A DNA stretch of 64,000 nucleotides from Eimeria praecox (Eukaryota), in assembly GCA_963920595.1 (NCBI GenBank), contig OY986947.1:372001-436000 (forward strand), given 5' to 3'. The position numbers were made by a program, and so were the translations under genes. Below the pieces are notes generated by a model. The model was not told the DNA's origin and made no database searches. It saw only the letters and a list, made by a program, of their open reading frames with translations. Below, piece by piece: positions 57,706-64,000 of the stretch; position 1 is the first letter of the stretch, and each line of letters starts with the position of its first letter.

Positions 57706-58899
57706 GCGCCGAAAAAAAGCCCACACCGTCACCAGCCGGCCCCTGGCGAGCCGATCGTGTGTGCCGCAACGTGTGATGGAATTGGCCCGTGCCTCCACCC
57801 TGCACACTCATCCAGTGTTTCGAAATTACAACCACATCCACCCACGTTCTGCTGCACAAGGAAATGAGCGGCGCACCACAACCCCCCGGATGAGCACGAT
57901 TCTTGCCTTTTTGACCATCCCGCTCAACAGTGTTTTCATGCATCCGCTTCCAAGCAGCTCCGCACAACAGGCAGTGGACCCATGCTTCAAAACGGCTTAC
58001 CGACAGGGCCTAACCGTGTCCTCAATACCACACCCAATCGTCCAAACCTTCATACATCTTGCGTTTCTACCTCAGCACGCCCGCACACGCAAACACTCAA
58101 CATCCAACACCCTCCCACCCAGTGGCAAACCTCCCACAACACCAGTGCCAAAAACGACCCAGATCGTACCCAGCTGCGCTCTTGCCAGCCGATCTTGGCA
58201 GCCGCATCTAATGCAATTGGCCCGCGCCTCTACGCTTGAGGCTGTTAGAGTGTTTCGATATTAAAACCACATCCACCCACGTTCTGCTGCACAAGGGAAA
58301 TGAGCGGCGCACCACAAGCCCCCGGATGAGCACGATTCTTGCCTTTTTGACCATCCCGCTCAACAGGGTTTTCATGCATCCGCTTACAAGCAGCTCCGCA
58401 CAACAGGCAGTGGGCCCATGCTTCAAAACGGCTTACCGACAGGGCCTAACCGTGTCCTCAATACCACATCCAATCGTCCAAACCTTCATACATCTTGCGT
58501 TTCTACCTCAGCACGCCCGCACACGCAAACACTCAACATCCAACACCCTCCCACCCAGTGGCAAACCTCCCACAACACCAGTGCGGAAACGGACCCAGAT
58601 CGTACCCAGCCGCGCTCCAGCCAGCCGGTCGTGTGTGCCGCAACGTGTCACGGAATTGGCCTGTGCCTCCACCCTGCACTCTCTTCCAGTGTTTCGAAAT
58701 TACGACAGCATCCGCGCACTTCCTGCTGCACAAGGAAATGAGCGGCGCACCACAACCCCCCGGATGAGCACGATTCCTGCCTTTTTGACCATCCCGCTCG
58801 GCAGTGTTTTCATGCGTCCGCTTCCACGCAGCTCCTCACGACAGGCAGTGGACCCATGCTACAAAACGGCTTACCGACAGGGCCTAACCGTGTCCCCAA

Positions 58900-59640
58900 T
58901 GCCACACCCAATTGTCCAAATCATCATACATATGGCGTTTCTACCTCAACACTCCCACACACGCAAACAATCAGCATCCAACACCCTCCACCGCAGTGGC
59001 AAACGTGCCAAAAAGAACGCAGACCTTCGCCAAGCGCGCCCTAGGCAGCCAATCCTGTGTACAACGTGTGATTGAATTGTCCCGCGCCTGCACGCTGGAG
59101 TATCTTTAATTCCTGCCCTTTTGACATCCCGCCTCATCGCTGTCGCTACGCAGCCTCTCCCACGCAGCTCCTCCAAGCAACCCATACAATCGAAGCTACA
59201 AAGCAACTCTTCGAAGGGCCTAACCGTTTCCGCCCAACCATCCCAAATCGTCAAAGCCAAGCATGGATCTGGCGTTCCAACCTCAACATGCCCGCACAAA
59301 CGTCCCACAGTTAAAACCTTAACACGCAATGGCAAACCTCCCACCAAACCAGCGCAGACAAGGAACCCAGATCTCCACCTCCTGAGCTCTAGCCAAGGCG
59401 ATAGTATGTACAACGCCTGACGGGGAATTGCGGCATACATGGTTGAGTATCTCCCAGTGTTTCAAAATTACAGGTAGCTCGAGAAACATGCTGCGCAAGG
59501 GAAAGAACCGCGCAAGGCAACCCGTGATGAGCACGATTCTTGCCTTCTTGGCCTTCCACATCATCGCTGTCGCCGCGCCTCACTCACGTAACCCCCCACA
59601 GCAGCCAATGCAGTCAAAGCATCAAAACCGCCAGTACGAG
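58900..59640 (+). repeat. Degenerate terminal monomers / array boundary
   Basis: Eroded but recognisable motifs: cagtggcaaacgtgcca (~58,994), gggcctaaccg (~59,216), gtacaacgcctgacggggaattg (~59,408), gatgagcacgattcttgcc (~59,526). Similarity is lost after ~59,630. Confidence 0.85.
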
Positions 59641-61583
59641 AGCTGGCAGGTTTTAGCCAGCAGCGTCGAAACGGTAAGGAAACGTCTTACCATTAAAAGG
59701 TCTGTTGCCCTTTTCGATCAGGCACCGGATGTTTTTGGTGTGTCGCGCAAAGCACCCGCTGTGTGCCTCAAAAGCGTGCCCTCTCGGCGGCGTGGTGCAT
59801 TGGCAGAGGCATCGCATTGCAGTTAAGCGGGTATGCCGCAGCTACTCATAACGCACCTGCTTCTGCCAACTCGTGGTCTCTGCAGCACTGCGCTGGGTCC
59901 CCAAACGTCCGCTGAAACCCGGCACTCCTGTTAAATAGGCAGTGGTTAATCTATAGTACAGAGGACGGGCGAGACGGGAACAAAGTTTGCACAGTGCATC
60001 CCCCCGCCAGACTGCTACACTAATACCGTCGGATATATCCCGGAGGCATTTCCCGTAAAAAGGATATTAGGTGCCCTGAAGGCACGCTTAGCGCTTTAAA
60101 ACACTGTCGACCCAAGGTGGTGCGTCCATGCGGTAAGCCCCGCGTCCTGGCGCCTTTCCTTCCACACCCAGTAGTTCCTGTTGAAACCCGCTTGAAAAAG
60201 CGTGCCAACTGCGTGAGGCAGCGTGTCATGCAGTACCTATTCCAAATTCAGAACTGCCCAGCGCCTGTAGGAATAATGCCTGGTGAGACGGAAGCCCATT
60301 GCCGCATCTGCACTTCCCTACCTTCGACAAGGAGGGCAAGGAATAAACGACGCAGAGACACAAACAAGCCCACGCCTACGAGTAGATACAGTATCAAAGC
60401 AGTGCCAGACAGCAGAATACAACTGCAAGCAGCTCATGCATACCACTCGACGTGCCTGTAGCAGAGAATCAGCCGAATCCGATTCTGTTCAGAGGCATTA
60501 CTTCGCAGCTCCATCTCCCAGGACTCTCCGCAGCATGGGCTACTGGCCCTAAACAGGTCACTAGCAAGCAACTTTCAGCAACCAAGAGGAAGCACCTCAG
60601 AAGCTGTTAACCACGCAAGGCTCTTGGCAGCCGATTGTTAACTGTAGCATTGCTGCTCGCCACGATATAGCACTTCGTTGCACACTTAGCAGCCATTTGA
60701 GTCACAAACAAACACAAAGTATCACTCCCTTACTTGCTGAAAGCCGGTTAAGCTGGCATATCGACCTACCGGCTGGATGGCAGTCGGTGCCTGAAGCGGC
60801 GCAAGCTACGCAGCGTGCTTGATCTGGAGCCCCCTTCAAATCTAACGACCTAAGCGTACACTCAGCCCATCGATATACCAAGAACGACATGGTAAAGCAC
60901 AGATGTCCTGGCGCTCCGCTGAAGCGGTCGAATTCTGTACCGCTACAACGTAGCTGTATACCTGTGGAGACAGTGAGCGTGATCGAACTTCTTCCATGTG
61001 GACGCCTTCGATACAGTCGATGCATTCCCCGCGTTACTGCAACCATGAATCTCTGTAAGCATTTATGCGACTGCCCATATCATTGTTCTGAACAAGCAAC
61101 CGCAGTGCTCCGCAGCTTTTTGCTGCATACAAGGTGCACAGGCAGAATGTCGTCACACGCCAAAGACTGCATTTTCTTCTCAGTTGCAATGCCACCGCAC
61201 TACAACCTGAGCAATGAGACTACCCCAAACACTGCAGCTATCGCTTCCACTCCTATGAATTGACTAGCCAACCCAGCATAGAGCCTTGGAAAAGTGCAAA
61301 ACAAGGCCCAATTGCCCGCTGCCCTCTGCGCGCCCACGCTCGTAACCACCTCTGCAGAGTGGAGGAGAGGGGGTACATTGCCTTAGTGAATCGCTCTCCA
61401 CAAGGGATCCTCAGAAACTGCCGTTGGGTACACAGGTCTACGCCAGCCATCCAGAGATGTAGGATTCCCATGACGTTTGTGAAGCATTCCACACCGGCGT
61501 TACGTCGTAACTAGCTTTTAAAAGTGCTTAAGCTGCGGTACCCCGCCACTAGAGAGTGAGTACCTGGCACGCAGTGAAGTCCA

Positions 61584-61610
61584 CTGCAAAATAGAGTCAG
61601 GAGAAAACAG
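61584..61610 (-). other. Putative 3' splice acceptor with polypyrimidine tract and CTGAC branch-like motif
   Basis: Minus strand reads ctgttttctcCTGACtctattttgCAG. It is the best acceptor-like site downstream of the exon, but no convincing long in-frame ORF follows. Confidence 0.3.
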
Positions 61611-62032
61611 CTCAATTCGCACCAACCCAGATGCCTCAGCTGTAATCGACCCCTAACCCCGGAACCCCAATAACGCTTAGTGCCCTTTCACAGCTCCCAT
61701 GTCACCTTGTAGCCGCAAAGCACACACTACGAAGTGTGCATGAAGGCGGAATCTTGGTCTCAGAAAGAAAAATGGAAGTAACTCGTGCGTTTGCCGGTTG
61801 CATAGAGGTACAGCTTGTCGCTGTAGCTTGCCGCTCTGACGAGCGAATGAATTTCTACTTTGCAGTTTCAGCACAAGTATTTCTGCTGGCGTCTGCAAGG
61901 CCTCTGATCTTCGCAGTAAACACCACTACCGCATCTGCCTGCAAAAAGCTCTGGTGGGTTTGTGAAGTCATTGACGGTTAAGGTAGACTGAACAGTTCGC
62001 ATTGCTTTGCCGTGCACAACCTCAAGTCTGGC

Positions 62033-62038
62033 CCTTAC
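62033..62038 (-). other. Putative 5' splice donor GTAAGG
   Basis: Minus strand reads CCT TGT TCC|GTAAGG, a good match to GTRAG. The protein-like character of the ORF fades after this point. Confidence 0.55.
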
Positions 62039-62368
62039 GGAACAAGGCGACTCTGCCCCTTCTGACAGCTTTCGGGTTGTGAGCATGTAATGCTTTGAAG
62101 CACCACTGGATGAGAAGGCCTTGAAACAGCGGATGAGCATATATGCAAAGGCAGCACTGATCACTACCAGAGACGCCAGTAAGATGGACGTTCGAGGGAG
62201 TTTCCTTGTGCCTCCCTGTAAAAGAAAACTTTGACTGTGCAAAATAGCCTCATTTTGGCGTCTAATGATTTCAGAGCCGGGCGGCGAAGTGTCCATGGCC
62301 TCCAGACCGTTGGCCGGCGCAATAACCAGCGCCCAGCATGCAGCGACAAACGACCAGAAACGATACAT
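62039..62368 (-). CDS. Probable first coding exon (110 aa) of a secreted/membrane protein: signal peptide + TM helix + RxLxE motif; eimeriid/apicomplexan lineage-specific family-like
   Basis: ATG at 62,368 (the ORF-track start at 62,374 is TTG). MYRFWSFVAACWALVIAPANG looks like a cleavable signal peptide. Hydrophobic ILLASLVVISAAFAYMLI at aa 62-79 is followed by RCF; RKLSEG at aa 99-104; ...SPCS then a phase-0 GTAAGG donor at 62,038. Downstream exons could not be assigned. The family resemblance is pattern recognition, not a database hit. Confidence 0.62.
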
Positions 62369-62850
62369 TCTCAATGTGAAGTAATTATTTACTCAATTTC
62401 ATTGTCAGCAGTACAGATGAAATGTCTTGGAGCTCTACCCCAGTGAGTTCCTGTATCGCCCGATGCTTTGCTGCTGCGGTTGGTCGGGGCTGCAGCTTAG
62501 TGCCAGGCGTTACAACGGCATCACCGAACTGCCTCAGGCGACAGAGCGAAGCACCTAAAACACGTTTAGGTTATGAATGTAATTGTGAAAAATATAGGAT
62601 GATGTTATGATGCATTAAGAGGAGTTCAGAGGTTGGTTAGCAGTATGGAGGGGTGTCCACTTCAGCGTAGAGGCATTTGCCCTAGGGTAAAGGCATTGCT
62701 ACACTTGCCACCGACGCCGCTTCAGCACGCTCAGCGCAGAAAGAGCAGGCAGGAGCAGGCAGTCTAGTTCTTTACATATGTTAGGGATTGAAATCCAGGC
62801 TAAATTCAATGATGTTCAACGTATGAGGAATATATGAAAGCCTGAGTGCT

Positions 62851-62920
62851 GTCATGAGGCTCGCAAGCGATCTACTCGCGTACACGCGAGTATATCGCTC
62901 AAGTGACGATGCCTCGCGAC
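62851..62920. other. Imperfect inverted repeat / ~70-nt hairpin
   Basis: Inner arms agcgatctactcgcg (62,866-62,880) and cgcgagtatatcgct (62,885-62,899) are complementary at 14/15 with a 4-nt loop. Outer arms gtcatgaggc (62,851-62,860) and gcctcgcgac (62,911-62,920) pair 8/10 plus one G-T wobble. Confidence 0.7.
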
Positions 62921-64000
62921 ACTACAAATGGAGGCTGTTTCGGGAGCATGCATTTTGAAACAAAATCAGGGGAGCGTCTGGGGGGTTCTCAAATTTTTCT
63001 TTCCCCTCTTGGCTAGGAGCGCGTTGTTGGAACCGTTCAGCTCATTCCCTGCCTCGGCAGCCAAAATGTGGCGAGGGTGCTCGATTTTAGCTGATGGCCA
63101 TCGCTATAAGGAGAGTACACGATCTTAGCGGCGGATCACCTCTAGCTGAAAGAGATTCAAAGATGTAAAGAAATAGTTCGCAAAAGTCAGATGGCTTCCG
63201 CTTCAGCCTCGCGACTTTCGGACCCAGCGGCACAAGGGCCTGGTGCCGGTGGGGACACATACTGCAACGCACCTGGAGGGCCTGGGATGTGCATACACAC
63301 CCCATGCCCCTTTTCTGTACACTCTAGCCGTGCAGACAGTAGGGGGAGCTTTCCATGAGCATTCACTTAATCCTCCGTAGTCGACCTGCGAGCAACTAGA
63401 GGTACGAGCGCACAGAGCATGCTGCACCTGACTCATCATCTCCTTTAACCCGCATATGCTCTCGTGTGCCAGATCGCCCAGCGCGGGGAGGGTACACCGA
63501 GCGATGGTTACTCCCGCACTTTCCGTCACAGTAGGGGGTATGGTTGTGGTTGCTGCATTGATTCCCCCTGGTGCATCTGCCGAGTATTAGAATGTTGCTG
63601 GCTCATCCGTTGCTTCTGCACCCGATAATGATGCATCGCCGCTGCGTGTCTTGTCGATGAGCTGCTGCAATTGCTACTGCAGTCCCTCCGGAATGCGCCA
63701 CTCCCATCCTTTTTCTTCGCCAACACCGGATAGTGTCGGGACGCGCTAGTTGACTGATAAACCTTTTTCCTTGAGGTAGTTCTTCTGCGTGTTGTTGGAA
63801 TTCCATGCTTTGTGGGTCATCTTTACCTTGGAACAAAACTTGGGGCTGGCCCGCGAATGAGTGCGATGCAGTACGTTGCGCATACAGCGGCTGGCCGTCC
63901 TGTCGTTAGCTCCCTCCTATTGCGATTATCTGAGAAGCCCCCCTTCAATTTTCCCCACTTCTGCTGTACTTCTGGTGTCAGGTGGATCAAATCTTCCCAA

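Larger units (their letters stand above)
30655..58900 (+). repeat. Homogeneous satellite array B (~65 monomers of 436-439 bp; subtypes X and Y)
   Basis: Diagnostic accgacagggcctaaccgtgtcc, cagccggcccctggcgagccgatcg and ccggatgagcacgattcttgcctttttgacc in nearly every unit. Type X carries gcatctaatgcaatt(t/g)gcccgcgcctctacgcttgagg; type Y carries gcaacgtgt(gat/cac)ggaattggcccgtgcctccaccctgc. Confidence 0.96.
1..59640 (+). repeat. Large tandem satellite array, ~430-439-bp monomer, ~135-140 copies, single orientation (continues beyond left edge)
   Basis: Motifs such as gcacgattcttgc, cagtggcaaac, cctaacc, gtttcga and cacacaacaggcagt recur every ~430-439 bp from position 1 to ~59,560. ORF-track starts recur at the same period (130, 568, 1006, 1444, 1882; 30841, 31279, 31716...). 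No inverted monomers seen. Copy number is estimated from length/period. Confidence 0.98.

Noticed and set aside
1..59640. Hundreds of short ORFs in the track as protein-coding genes or a tandem gene array
   Set aside because: They occur in overlapping frames on both strands and shift frame with 434-439-bp unit lengths. Many start at GTG/TTG, and none shows a recognisable domain. They are explained by the T-poor + strand and repetition.
1..59640. CRISPR array or repeat-spacer system
   Set aside because: The entire ~438-bp unit is repeated. There are no unique spacers, no 25-45-bp invariant direct repeat and no cas genes.
1..59640. Tandem 5S rRNA, tRNA, SL RNA or C/D snoRNA gene array
   Set aside because: No 5S or tRNA box A/B/C signatures or cloverleaf were recognised on either strand. 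The TGATGA and CTGA motifs are far apart and not conserved across subfamilies.
59640..61550. ORFs of 70-130 aa in the unique flank (e.g. 60117-60461, 60702-61046, 60889-61263)
   Set aside because: No recognisable motifs, and lengths are as expected by chance at this GC content. They cannot be supported as exons without RNA data.
61650..61670. ccctaaccccggaaccccaa as an interstitial telomeric repeat
   Set aside because: Only one perfect CCCTAA unit, which is compatible with chance.
61868..62038. C-terminal part of the 168-aa ORF as coding sequence
   Set aside because: It begins exactly at a GTAAGG donor and loses protein-like composition, so it is more likely intron read-through.
63087..63836. 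Chain of overlapping minus-strand ORFs as a gene, pseudogene or retroelement remnant
   Set aside because: The Q-rich stretches are suggestive, but I could not identify a gag/pol/integrase motif or a consistent exon structure. A tBLASTx search would be needed.

Overview
About 93% of this window (1 to ~59,640) is one head-to-tail tandem satellite array of roughly 135-140 monomers of ~430-439 bp, all in the same orientation and strongly C/A-rich on the + strand. It is layered. (i) Homogeneous array A of 438-bp monomers (1 to ~9,280; runs off the left edge) with a 7-monomer 3,055-bp tandem duplication. (ii) An older, divergent layer of ~426-433-bp monomers (~9,280-30,654) with segmental duplications and microhomology-flanked deletions. 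(iii) Homogeneous array B, a distinct subfamily of 436-439-bp monomers (30,655 to ~58,900), starting at a sharp junction and built from two monomer types in higher-order repeats whose period changes along the array (3-, 6-, 2-, 4-, 11-mer). (iv) About 1.5 degenerate monomers fading into unique DNA at ~59,640. The hundreds of ORFs over the array are by-products of the repeat. The last ~4.4 kb is unique eukaryotic-looking DNA. It contains a probable first exon (62,368-62,039, minus strand): signal peptide, transmembrane helix, RxLxE motif, then a GTAAGG donor. This architecture resembles eimeriid (apicomplexan) secreted-protein families, so the taxonomic call is a tentative inference. A ~70-nt hairpin lies ~500 bp upstream of it. 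I found no prokaryotic genes, CRISPR array, rRNA/tRNA or recognisable transposon ORF. The best candidate for something undescribed is the satellite itself: a centromere- or subtelomere-like layered array whose two recently expanded subfamilies reached ~438 bp through different indels.
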